DNA of 64,000 nt from the human T2T-CHM13v2.0 reference genome, Homo sapiens, in the NCBI RefSeq assembly GCF_009914755.1, contig NC_060930.1; one strand, written 5' to 3'. Of the stretch, positions 1 through 13,040 are shown piece by piece; the stretch's first letter is position 1; each line of letters starts with the position of its first letter. The position numbers were made by a program, and so were the translations under genes. Below the pieces are notes generated by a model. That model saw nothing but the letters and a program-made list of their open reading frames with translations. It ran no database searches and was not told the origin of the DNA.

Positions 1-16
1 ACCACAGTGTCCTTAC

Positions 17-129
17 TTTGTCTATTCTTAATGGAAGCTAATTCTTCTAGAACGGTCTGGTCTGTAGATCTGGCAAAGGCCTCTGCTGTGGCACAGTACC
101 CATGGTGGACTAAATAAGATGAAACCATT
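17..129 (-). CDS. RANBP9: RANBP9 coding exon (exon 7, 113 nt): [37 protein letters not shown], LisH motif
   Basis: tttttattttaAG|AATGGTTTCATC...AATAGACAAA|GTaagg. LisH pattern [14 protein letters not shown], in frame with exon 6. Confidence 0.97.
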
Positions 130-2082
130 CTTAAAATAAAAAGAAGAAACATACATCTTTTAGTGAAGAGAATACATGCTTCATACTACAATTTATATAA
201 ACAAAATCTATTCTGGTGTTATAAAAACGAACCTATTTCCTTGAAACAAGGCGTTAAGAACCTCACCTTTAAAGTAAGCTTTTGAAAAACATCATTTTGT
301 TCTATTCATGTACTATTTTCGAAAAGATAACTGCAAATGCTATGTTGAGACTACTCTCCCTAAAATAAATATTACTTGAGAATCAAGGACATTAAATGAC
401 CTTTTCTTTGATTCTTGGACTCTCATTACCCCCAGGTCCCTTCCTATCTTATTATTCAGCCCTACTAACCATAATTTCTATTTTGACTTTATCATATGAC
501 TTATTCCAGTATTGCTGGCATTCTGTAAAATAACCAACTTTAAAATAAAAGATTAACTCTTAATGTTCCAGAGTTCAACCATCTTCTTTACACACCGGTT
601 AAATGAAGTGGGATCACAAAGTATGTACAGAATACTAAGGTGAATCCAGAGAGACAATCTTCCAGAACATGTCTATAAGTGTACTACTAATTAAAGGAGG
701 AATCAGCCTTCTAATCTAAATCAATTACTATGGTTTTACCCAAGAGATTTATCAAATATGGTTTACATGTAAGTGACACATTTCCAAGACAATAATCTTT
801 TAAAAACGTACCAGGTAGTCAAAACATATACTTACATCTACCCACAAGATGTGGTTAGAAAAACTGGTGATGCAACAATATTAACCCAAATATCTGTTAT
901 CTCCAAACAGTCAATTTTTAAACTTGCCTCCACCTGACACTACTAAGGGCCAGTTAGAAAATCGTGGGAAGCAGTGGTTCACCACAGGAGGAGACTGAGG
1001 CAAAGAGCGGAGGGAGAAAAGGGAGGAAAATGTCTAAGAAACAGATCTGCATCTTATTTTACCCAATTGTTCAAATTAATTTAAGGGGGAGGGGACCTTT
1101 TAGAATGGACTTCTCAAGAGTTCATGGTGAACATCAAGTCAGTGAAGAAGTGGGTGGAAGGATCCTGGTTATAAGGTTAAGATAAATGTTTTCTACTATC
1201 TTGCCATGATACTCAGTGGTAACCATTTTCAGAGCATTAAAACAGTGTGGCCCCAGAACAACCCATTCTAGCTTCACTTCGTGGTGACTATAGGATTCTG
1301 CATCAGGGTTGTCTATTCTCAACTGGGCTGGACAAAAAAACTAGTGTCCAATCTCTGTAATACAGATGATAATAGCTCCAGGGACGAAGTGTGATTTCAG
1401 AGTCATCATCATGTCTCCCAATCACTTCCTTTTCTAAAAAATACCCCCAACATTTTATTACAATTTTAAAGTTAAGAATATTCAAAGCAATTATAAGGAC
1501 ATTAAAGATGAAATGTGTTGGACCAACTGTATCTGAAAGTCTGCTATTTTCTTGACCTGGATTATAATAGTGAAGAGGACTTTTTAAATTTAATGGTATT
1601 TATTTAAATTTTAAGTCCATACTTAACTACTGCTGATAGTTCAGATATTAAGAGCTTGGACATAGCCAAGTTCATGACCAAAAACCACAGATCCTGATTA
1701 TAAGATCTAGATTATCTCTCAACTTTATCTTTTCCATTAACATTATTAAAAGTTAAATTGTATAACCTACAGAAATCATTAAATCCTATTACTAAGAATA
1801 GCAAATGAATTAACCTAGCCTAGGTGACCTAACATCATTTTATTTCCTTCATCAAATTAATTCAGACTGAAATACAATTCTGTACGTGTGTCAAACAATT
1901 GTTTTTAATTTGTTTAAATAGTGGAGTAAATTACTTTTCGTTGAGAGATTAAAATCAATAATATAATAGATATGTCAGTATATAAATTAGTGGATTAAAA
2001 AGCTTCTGTGGATACCAACAGAATAAATGTCTTATAAAAAACAGATTCTGAATAGCATCAATTGAAATTTCTTCACTCTTAC

Positions 2083-2267
2083 TTTTGTATCATGGTCTGC
2101 CATTCTCCTTCTCGATCTCCGATAGGAAATCGATCTATCTGTGCCTGGATTTTGGTTCTCCACTCCCGCATATAGTCTTCTATATCAAACACGAAAGGAT
2201 GTTGCCCAAAATTGGCATCGACCACTTCTCCTGGTGTTTGAAGCCCCACAGTAGGATACAAATTTGG
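2083..2267 (-). CDS. RANBP9: RANBP9 coding exon (exon 6, 185 nt): [61 protein letters not shown](K)
   Basis: Contained in ORF 2079..2303(-). Boundaries are ctatcttacAG|CCAAATTTG...ATGATACAAAA|GTaagag. Encodes the SPRY C-terminus (LYPTVG, NFGQ). Confidence 0.98.
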
Positions 2268-3084
2268 CTGTAAGATAGCATATTTCATTAAACATCTATC
2301 CATTTTATGTTAGATTTAATAATTCTTTTAATGTTACATTTAAAAGAATAGAACTATAAATTTACTTCATATTTTAAAATCCCAATCAAAATATTAGAAG
2401 GCTAAAACAAATGATCTAAAATACATTATATGTTAGATGAAAAAATATCACTTCCTGCAATGTAATCATCAAGAAAAAACAAAGAGACCCAAGATCTCTG
2501 TTTTATTTATTCAGGGACTACGTTGTATTATACCACGTGGTATTATGCTACTAATATATGTGCATGTAATTCTTGTTCTAAGATTATGTCATATAGTAGT
2601 TACAGAAATTCAACTATAAACACATAACTCAGGTTTATCCCACATTTTATATATGATACATTTCTATAAACTGCATGTTAAAGCTAGTTATCATAAAAGT
2701 ATGATCTCAGCTAGTCTGGCATTTAATAGCTTAAATTTACTGTTTTCATTCTGTATATTTGGGATGCCTAACTTTACAAAGGGAAGGGGATAAGACCATA
2801 ACTATAAGCAAAACACAGTGCCAGGAAGAGTGGAGATTCTCTATATTAAAAAAAAAACACAAAACCTCAAATATATGTATTTCAAGGGAGGAAAAGGATG
2901 AATCTGAATATACCCAAACTCAGAAATGCATTCAGGTACACTCCATGGTTTCAAGGTTAATCAAGATGAAAAGGTGATAACTTCAAGTAAACAAAAAATA
3001 CAGGGGTCATTCTTTTGGCTATGTCACTAATTGGTTGTTACATCTAAAGGCAGAATGAGTTTCTGAGTGGCTACTAAATGCCAG

Positions 3085-3260
3085 GGTTTAATCATAATTC
3101 TGTGAGGCCACTATTATTATTTCTACTTCAAAGACAGAGAAAATGAGGATTCAAGGTTAAATAACTTGCTCATGGTCGTTCTGCTAACAAATGGCAGAGA
3201 TGGAATTGGAACACAAGTTTGTCTGATACCACATCCAAAACTGATTTTTCCTCTTGCAAC
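3085..3260 (-). mobile_element. MIR
   Basis: gaaaatgaggattcaaggttaaataacttgctcatggtc...aaatggcagagatggaattggaac. Confidence 0.65.
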
Positions 3261-3665
3261 TCCAAATCCTACCATATTTTCATTTTCTGTATTTATGTCT
3301 TATATCTTTAATAGTTATAACAAGTATTTTTCAGTACAAAACAAGGTAAAGATCAAGAGCGGATAATTTCTGTGTGAATATGTTAAATAGATTTCACAGT
3401 AAAATGCAAAGAGGGTGTGTTTAAAAACAACCGTTCAATCAAGCAGAACAAATCAGAAACAAAATATTACATCAAAATATCAAAAATATAAAGTACTACT
3501 GGATTATGGAAATAAATGGTTAAAGCAAAGTATGCAAATGTATTGATTCTTAATAATCAACAGAGCTAACAAGTTTATAAACTTTTAAGCCAAAAACAGG
3601 TGAGATAGTACAGCCTTCCCATTTCACCAATGAGAAAACTGAGACCTAAAGACTTTATAGAAACA

Positions 3666-3993
<328 letters not shown>

Positions 3994-4229
3994 CACTACA
4001 GAGTTATGAGATACTTTAACACAAAAGCATATAAGCCAAACACAATTGAGTGAAAGACAATTCTGTTCATTAAGCAGTTTATAATGATGATATTCAGTAT
4101 TGTCTAAATAAAGACATTTTTAAAATGACTGCTCATCTAAATTTTCTTACAAATTCAGAAAAAATAATTCTATCAACACTATCAAAGACAATCAACATTC
4201 ATGAATTCTCTGATAAAACTATTTCATAA

Positions 4230-5290
4230 AAATTTAAAACTTCCCTATGACAAAACATGCCACAAATGGCAAAGACAAATGACTCTCTAGAAAAAAAAAT
4301 CTGCCACACATATGGCAAAATGTGTTTTACAAATACAGAAAAAATTCAGGAGGACAAAGACTACCAGTTCAAATTCTTAAAAAAGGCAATGAATATGTAG
4401 GCAATTTGTAGAAGAAATAAAAATGACAACACATAAAGAGAAGCTTAATCACACTCAACTTTTTAGATGAACATTTTTAATGCGCACTTAAAAATAAAAT
4501 CAATTAAAAGTTCAAGATTTAAAAACTTTTGCACATCAGATTAAGACTTGAAAGGCTGAGAATACCCAATGCTGATAAGGGTTGGGGAAATAACCCTTTC
4601 ATCTACTGTACACAGAAATGTAAACTGACATAATCTTTTAACAAAGAAATCTGGAAAAATCTATTAAAATTGACCAAGTAATTTCACTTGGAAGAGTGTA
4701 TTCCTACAAAAATAAGTATGTGCAAAGATATGTCTTGTAGCATTATTTGTAACACAAACAAAATTTTAAAATATTCACAGATATGTGATATTATACCATA
4801 TTCATCAAGTCTCAAAATCTAATAGTAACAAACATCACTATTTTGTGTCTAGGAAAACATAATGCAAATTAAACTCTGACCAGTCATTGATTCTACAGTG
4901 CATTCTCATTTCAGAAATACTAAAATATGAAAAAAATGTACATTTTATAATTGATCAATTGTGGTAGTAAGTTAATAAGATAACATAAAGCAGGCAAAAA
5001 GAACAGAATGAAAAATGTATATATGGACACAGAAAGATGTCCTATACACACTAAAGCAAGGTATAACATATTGTATATGGTATGACCCTATCTTTCACAT
5101 AAACATTCAAAAAATGAACATACTGGCTTATATGTGTTTAGAAAGAAGTCTAAAAGGATATATATTCAAGTTAAAACAAACATTATAGCCAAAGAGACTG
5201 GGATTATGAAGAACTTCTCTTTTGTACATTTCTGTATATATAAACATTTCTCATTTAAGTATTTAATACTATACATTACTTCTGTAATCT
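4230..5290 (+). mobile_element. Old L1M ORF2 end / 3'UTR fragments
   Basis: Degenerate L1 motifs such as aatacccaatgctgataagggttgggga, aaatgtaaactg and gcattatttgtaa. A-rich on the + strand. Confidence 0.55.
4794..4967 (-). mobile_element. MER104-like Tc2/Kanga MITE
   Basis: TA-flanked degenerate TIRs (taccatattcatcaag ... ttgatcaattgtggta), ~175 bp, with internal atttcagaaatactaaaatatgaaaaaaatgtaca. Confidence 0.55.
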
Positions 5291-5449
5291 GATATTGATT
5301 AAAAAAACTTTTAGTAATATTAAGTCAGTTTTGGCTCACTGAAAAGTAAGTATAATTGTTATACCATTTACTCAACCTTAAAACTGGAGAATTGGGAGAA
5401 GAGGATTAAGGACATAGTCCTTAACTTGCTATATTACAGATTTTAAAAA

Positions 5450-6030
5450 ACAACGGCCTTCAATGTTTTTTAGTATGTTCACAGAACTGTGCAACTACTG
5501 TAATTTAATTGTGTAACAATCCCATCACCCCAGAGAGAAACTCAGTACCCATCAGCAGCCACTTCCCATTTCCCCGTTCCCCCTGGCAACCACTAATCTA
5601 CTTTCTAACTCTATGGATCTGCCCATTCTGGACATTTTGCATAAATGGAACAACAAAATATGTGATCTTATATGACTGGTTTTTTTTTTTTTTTTTTTTT
5701 TTTTTTGAGACGGAGTCTCACTCTGCCGCCCAGGCTGAAGTGCAGTGGCATAATCTCGGTTCACTGCAACCTCTAACTCCCAAGTTCAAGCAATTCTCCT
5801 GCCTCAGCCTCCCGAGTATGGGACTACAGCCACATGCCACCACTCCTGGCTAATTTTTGTATTTTTAGTAGAGACGGGGTTTCACCATGTTGGCCAGGAT
5901 AGTCTTGATCTCTTGATCCGCCCGCCTTGGCCTCCCAAAGTGCTAGAATTACAGGCGTGAGCCACCGCACCCAGATGGCTGGCTTCTTTTATTTAGCATG
6001 TTTTCAAGGTTCATCCATGCAGCAGGTGCA
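5450..6030 (-). mobile_element. L1M(B)-type 3' end fragment, interrupted by an Alu
   Basis: ccctggcaaccactaatctactttc...gcccattctggacattt...ggcttctttt...tttcaaggttcatccatg is the reverse complement of an L1MB 3'UTR. Confidence 0.7.
5680..5974 (-). mobile_element. Alu (S-type)
   Basis: Poly-T plus reverse Alu dimer. TSD atgactgg/atggctgg. Confidence 0.95.
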
Positions 6031-7679
6031 TTGTCACTGTAGATTTATATGTAATAATGTCTTCTAGAAAAATACTCCTGCCCATGTAGAATAGTATATA
6101 GACAGAATAGGTTCTTTATGAAAAGAATAGGAAAACATTTCTATTAACTTGCAAAACATACTTTCAATCTAGAAATTGCTTAAAAGCTAAATGTACACAA
6201 TATAAATTTATATTCTCAATAGCACAGCTTTGGTCTACATTCGATCTCTTTTAATAAAAATGACTATACAAATAATGTATCCACAAAAAGTAGATTTCAA
6301 GTCAGTGCCCAGAATTCGAAAACAGCATCATTTAAAATGAGAACAGCTACTGTAACAAAAGCCTTTAAAAAGCAACAGCCTTCAATGTTTTTTAGTATGT
6401 TCACAGAACTGTGCAACTATCATAATTTAATTGTATAATTAAATCCCAAACTGAATTAGTTATACTTAATGTCATTTCTCAAACTGGTGAGGTAAGCTGA
6501 GGAAAAAAGACTATTTTGAAAAAAATCTAAGGTTTTCAAAGCTGTATAAACACTTATATTCCATAACAGGTGCAGAACAATCTAGGTAAACTGGTTTTTC
6601 TGCAAATATACTTTCTCTCAGGATTCAATGGTATGGGTAGCTTGTGAGAGATCACAGGTATAGAAGATATAAACACTTCCTTGATGCTTCCTTTAAAAGG
6701 AAGAATTGATATGAAGCCTATGGAAGTCCCAGAAGATTTACAGTATTAAAAATGAAAAATACTACACTAAAAGGAAACCTAAAACCACCACTGTACCCAT
6801 TGTTACAACAAAGTTGCACATGATCATTGGCTACCTGAGGGAAAAAACATAACTGGTGATTCAAAAGTGGGAGAGAAAATAAACAACATGTCTACAAGCA
6901 ACCAAGCTTTTTCCAAATGATCTCCGCTATCTATGAACAAGAAAACGAAAGCTAACAACAACAAAAGCTCACGCTGACTAGTTGCTTAGTGCCACAACAG
7001 AAAAAAAAAAAAAAAAAAAAGTCACTAAACTCTTTAACCAACTCCAAATGAAACTTACAGCATTCTCACCAGTCTCTTAACTGTTAAAGACCAAATCAAC
7101 CCACTAACCAGAATCTGCACCTACACACTCTGCCTGTCCCCACAATGCTCTTCTCAAAAGCCCATCCCCTCAATTACACATCTGTCTACCTCTTTCTATG
7201 CGACACCGACATTTTCATCAGCATACTCAATCTCCTAACTTAATTTTTTTTTCTACTGCCCCCACTTCCACCACTGGCTACTACTCCATTTCTTTACTCC
7301 TCACCATGGCCAAAGTCCTCCAGAGTTATCCACTGCCTATAACTCACCTATTCCTAAAATCCATTCCAATCAGGATGTCTCCATCCCACAGCTGAAACTT
7401 TCTTGTCCAGGTCACCAACGACCTCTACTCTGCTAAGTACAATTGTCAATTCTCAGACCTTATGTAATTTTCAGATCCAATCCATTAGCCAATTCTCTTG
7501 GTTTTCAGTTGGATTTTTAAAAGAATCATATTTTTGTTACTATTATTTTGGGATTTTTAAAAATTTAACTCTTTAATCCATCTAGAACTTACTTTACACT
7601 TTGTCCTAACAATATGTATTTTAAAAAAATAAATAATAAAGACTCATTCCATCACTATTTACTAAATAATGCGGCAGGG

Positions 7680-7806
7680 TTTTTTGTTGTTGTTGTGTTT
7701 TTTTGTTTTTTTTTTTTTTAGTAGAGGTGAGATCTCATTATATTGCCCAAAGTGGTGTTGAACTCCTGGCCTCAAGCAGTCCTCCCACCTCAGACACCCA
7801 GAGCCA
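7680..7806 (-). mobile_element. FLAM / Alu left monomer
   Basis: ttagtagaggtgagatctc...aactcctggcctcaagcagtcctcccacctcag. Confidence 0.85.
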
Positions 7807-7979
7807 AATAATGCTTCTTGAAGAGTACTTTTGATCGGTAGGGTTCAAATATTCCTTGGCTTAAAATTATTTTCTATTATAATTTTGATTTCTGTTTTTT
7901 CCTAGCATTTTATTAAGGGATATAAATAGTCTATAGATTTGGTATCTATTCTCTACCTCTGAATCTTCCATCATCTCTT

Positions 7980-8590
<611 letters not shown>

Positions 8591-8909
8591 TTATCTCATC
8601 CTTTTTAGGTGTGCAACACCTAAAAAGAGACACATATTAAAATCTAAGTTTAAATAACCCTAAGAGATCATTCAGTGAGTATAAAATAAAAATGCTAAGT
8701 GATAAGGGAGGCATTATGTCACAGTTTGTTAGTTTTTTTCCCCCTTGGTGTCACAGATGATGCAGATTACAACTGACAGTGCCTTGGGTTTGGTAAATAA
8801 GATACGTGGAATCAAACCTCTACCGAAGAGAGTTACTGTAACCCCTTGCTTGAATTTCTGCAATAGTCTTCTCACAGGTCCCCTTGCTTCTACCCTTACT
8901 CCCATATAG

Positions 8910-9238
<329 letters not shown>

Positions 9239-9239
9239 T

Positions 9240-9880
9240 AGTCTACTTTTCAACTAAGCAATCACAGTGATCCCATAAAAACTGAAGTCCTATCATGACA
9301 AATAAAAGTCCACAATGTCTTTGTATTTCACTCAGAGTAAATTTCCAAGCCCTCCCAATGGCTTGCCCAGGTCTAGATGATCTATTAATAGCTTACCCCC
9401 AACCCCATTATTATCTCTGATCATCTGCTACTACATATGCTCTGCCCTCCTCACTCCTCTCTACCACACTTCACACTCTTCTTCAAACAAGCCATCTGTG
9501 CTCCTGCCTGAGCACCTTTTCTCTAACCTCCCTCTGCCTGAAAACTCTTGCTCTACATATCCACTTGGCAGACTCCCTCACTCCTCCAAAAGCTTCAGCT
9601 CAAGTCTCACCTTGAGCAAAGGGGAGCAACTTGTACAACCTTGTGTCCTACCGTTGGTATTCCCATTCTCTGTTTTTTCCCTTTCTTTCCAAAGTATACT
9701 TAACACCCTTAAAATATGTTCTACTTTACTTGTTTTTCATGTACTGCTCATTCTCTTTCACAGCTTGAATACTATAAAGTCCAAGAGGGCAGAGACCTTT
9801 ACTACCTGTTGAATAATATATTCCAAGCACTTTACCTGCCACATAGTAGGCCTCTATATAGCTTGGATGAATAAACGATT
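9240..9880 (+). mobile_element. L2 3' fragment
   Basis: Pyrimidine-rich body ending gagggcagagacc...acctgccacatagtaggc...tgaataaac. Confidence 0.7.
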
Positions 9881-10197
9881 ATAACTGCTATACAGCCTTC
9901 TGCTGAAAAGTCCAAGGAAATACATTTCAAATGAATGAATGGTGACATTTAAAAAGACACTTGAGAATCAATTCTGATTTATTTTCCTTTATACAATGAA
10001 TCCAGTGCAAGTTGGAGCTTAATTTCTGAGGGTCTACACCCAAGGTGGTTAGAGAAAAGATCTCTTTCTTTGCATGTCATATAAACCTAATAAATATCAA
10101 TAAGACTGTATTTTAAACTTTCTAAATATGCCCAGTATCAGTTTCTTTATACTTCCTGTAATTAAAAATGGAAAACTGCTTTTAAAAAAAGTCTTAC

Positions 10198-10220
10198 CGG
10201 TAGGTCAGTGAAAGCAATAC
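10198..10220 (-). CDS. RANBP9: RANBP9 coding microexon (exon 5, 23 nt): (G)IAFTDLP
   Basis: ttctaatgccacttttttttttctttttAG|GTATTGCTTTCACTGACCTACCG|GTaagac. It supplies exactly the residues missing between ...NGHSL and PNLYPTVG... and restores the frame. Confidence 0.96.
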
Positions 10221-10389
10221 CTAAAAAGAAAAAAAAAAGTGGCATTAGAAGCTGTTTTTCAAAGCAGACTATACTGACAAGCTGAATTTCTAACTAAAAG
10301 GAGGAAACAAATGGCAAAAGAAAAAAACATTAAAGCCTAAATAAAAAATAACAAGACTAATTTTTAATCAATAATACTAACATATGTCT

Positions 10390-10940
10390 GAGTGAACAAA
10401 CGCTGTCCCCTTTCAAGATAATCAGCCTTGCTAGTCATACACAAATTTTATTTCTGAGATGCTGCCATTGTCTCCAGGATTTTTGAAATACTTTTAGATA
10501 TATCTTCAAAGCTACATTAGAAAACACATTAAGAAAGTTGGTTGCAAAATAGTCAGTTTATTTTTTAACCCCAAGTTGCAATTTGTACCCTCACCGTTTA
10601 ATAATCATCATCTAGATTTAGCTTTTAAATAATTTTAGCTGGAAAGAAAAGAGTTTTTCTGTTATAAAAGGCAAACAAGGGAAAATACAGTATATTTTTG
10701 CTTCTTTAAAAAATGTTTCTTATGAAAGTAAATTCTTTAACTTATGATTTACTCGTGGGAAAAATCAATTCCTCCTTCAAAGGATGAACGATTTTGCACA
10801 GTTTAGAATTTCTCTTGAATACCTTTTGACAGTAATTACAACAGTCATGTTCTAGATACAACTTGAGCAATGGCAATATCATTGGAATAAGTCTACTGTC
10901 AACTCAACGTGACAATTTAACGACCTCCTTTAAATATTCC
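10390..10940. mobile_element. MARNA-like mariner remnant
   Basis: gatgctgccattgtctccaggatttttg near 10458 and its inverted counterpart ttgagcaatggcaatatcattggaataagt near 10863. Confidence 0.5.
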
Positions 10941-12137
10941 AATATACAACTTAGCTGAAAATAATAAAGTATTTCTGTAGATATATTTTTAAAGATTTAG
11001 CTCTAGAATAATGGGAGAGCAGTATTGGTGAGTCAGTCAGCTGATCTCAATTCTTCCAGTCTAAAACAAACATTAAAACCAAGCCAGCACCACTGCTTCT
11101 ACAGTCTTGATCACTATCTTAAAACTGAGGGAATTTCCATTAAATTGTTTTTAAGGTCTCTTCCTACTTGACATTTTATTCCTCTATGACTGTGCTGTAA
11201 TAACAGAAAACATCTAACTCTATTTATTAATAAAGTTAAAAGACAAACTGAAAATAAATTTTATACTTTTAAAATAATGTGTAAAATTAATGCTTTTGTA
11301 GTTAGTAAAGCCCTGTTTTTATGATTTTTAAAAACTAGTAAATTCATGGTGGCTTGTTAAAAGGAAAGCAAAGTTAGGGTTCCTGTTTTCCCCACGTAAA
11401 ACATTATCATTACATTTAACTTCATTAATAACACAGAAAGCAAGTACTATCAGCCCAAATAAAAAACTTTCCCAAAAATTTCACAAAAGTAAAAAGAATA
11501 CAGAAAGCAAGAGAATATTTTAATATACTATAAACTATACATATTTCTAATATTTTTCATAAAATAATTTTTCTCAAAGATGTCTAGTTATAATCAACAC
11601 TGTATATTCTATCTTTAGCAAAAATCCTTTGTCTGTAATTACTGAAATCTTCACTTTACCAAAAACTCTAACGAAAAATTCAAAATTAATTCCAAAGGTT
11701 AACATTTTTTAACACAGCCAAATATAGTTACCACAACATGTTTTTGCTCAATCAGACCACGAAAAGATGCCACTTTAACAAGATGGCATAACTATTTGAA
11801 TTTTACACAGAAAGCAATTTTCTATATTCATAATTTCCTGATTTGTCAGGCTTTTTGAAAAGTGATCTTCAATTGGTGAACGATATTCAATAAAACAAAG
11901 TAAAAAATTATCAAATTACATTAACCTATATACTGCAAAGTTTCTCTTATTTTCTCAAATAAAACCTTTCTATTTTTCCTTATATAGTAAACAAATATAC
12001 ATTCTGAAAATCTTCCATGAGACAGAAACTAAAGATGTATCAAGTTTTGGGCACAGATTATCCACTTAGGAAGTATAAGGGAATAGTAACTAAATATTTA
12101 ACAGTATTTTATCTTGGAAGATGCCAGAACCTAGACC

Positions 12138-12340
12138 AGAGGTAGGCAAAGCTTTCCTATGAAGGACTACTAATATGTTCTGCTTTCCAGGCCATATGGT
12201 CTTTATCACAAATATCCAACTCTGCCACTGTAACAGGAAAGCAACCATAAACAATATTTAAGTAGGTGTGGCTGGTTGCTAATGAAATTTTATTTTAAAA
12301 TAAACAGGAGGCTAACTTGGCCATAGCTTGTAGACTCCTG
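12138..12340 (+). mobile_element. MER58A-like hAT-Charlie MITE
   Basis: cagaggtaggcaaa ... caactctgccactgtaacaggaaagcaaccataaacaata ... tagactcctg, with CTAGA-containing flanks. Confidence 0.7.
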
Positions 12341-12419
12341 TTCTAGAGAAGTAATTTCTGCTCATCAATGGTTTACCAGTGGATCCCAGGAACCTAGCTC
12401 AGGGGCTGACAAACAATGA

Positions 12420-12650
12420 TACTAAATAACATTTAATGGTTATTCACTAGATGCCAGAACTGTGCACATACTATTGCAGTTTAGTCTAACCACCTTAGTG
12501 AGATAGGTATTACAGTGATCCTACTTGACAAACTAAGAAAACTGAGGCACAGAAATGTTAAGTAATTTACATATGGTTACCTGGCATAGGCCGGGAGTCA
12601 ATCCCAGGCAAGTCTGACTAAAGAACTCTTACTAACCACTGTTATACCAT
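12420..12650 (-). mobile_element. MIR
   Basis: Core aagaaaactgaggcacagaaatgttaagtaattt. Confidence 0.7.
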
Positions 12651-12728
12651 CTCTCTATGTGCTTAATACTCATTAAATTTAAGAATGAATAATGCCAAAC
12701 ATTCAGGTTTACTTAAAATTAAAATGTA

Positions 12729-13040
12729 GGCTGGGCACAGTGGCTCACGCCTGTAATGCCAGCACTTTGGAAGGCTGAGGCGGGTGTATCACTTGAGGTC
12801 AGAGGTTCAAGACCAGCCTAGACAACATGGTGAAACCCCATCTCTACTAAAAATACAAAAATTAGCTGGGGGTGATGGCGTGCCTATAATCCCAGCTATT
12901 CAGGAGGCTGGGGAAGGAGAATTGCTTGAAACTAGGAGGCAGAGGTTCTGAGCCGAGATCACATCACTGTACTCCTGCCTTGGCGACAGAAGGACATTCC
13001 GTCTCAAAAATTAAATAAATAAAATAAACAAAAAATAAAA
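12729..13040 (+). mobile_element. Alu
   Basis: Full dimer with A-rich tail. Confidence 0.95.

Noticed and set aside
1095-1435. More GC-balanced stretch in intron 6 with two overlapping minus-strand ORFs, a TTTTTTAG acceptor-like site at 1434-1435, and box C/D-like words (ATGATGA, CTGA)
   Set aside because: No recognisable protein similarity, no convincing donor site, and no terminal stem for a snoRNA. Cannot be supported without a search.
2085-2273. Antisense ORF over exon 6
   Set aside because: Shadow frame of a real coding exon, with no promoter or splice support.
2268-2303. Upstream ATG extension of ORF 2079..2303 ([12 protein letters not shown])
   Set aside because: It is the intron 5 3' end, open by chance. 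The true exon starts after the CAG acceptor at 2267.
5406-5424. 8-bp perfect hairpin TTAAGGAC-ata-GTCCTTAA
   Set aside because: Expected by chance in 64 kb, with no associated feature.
7001-7020. Isolated A20 run (also T24 at 52926 and the A-run at ~39930)
   Set aside because: No clear TSD or element body, so treated as simple homopolymers.
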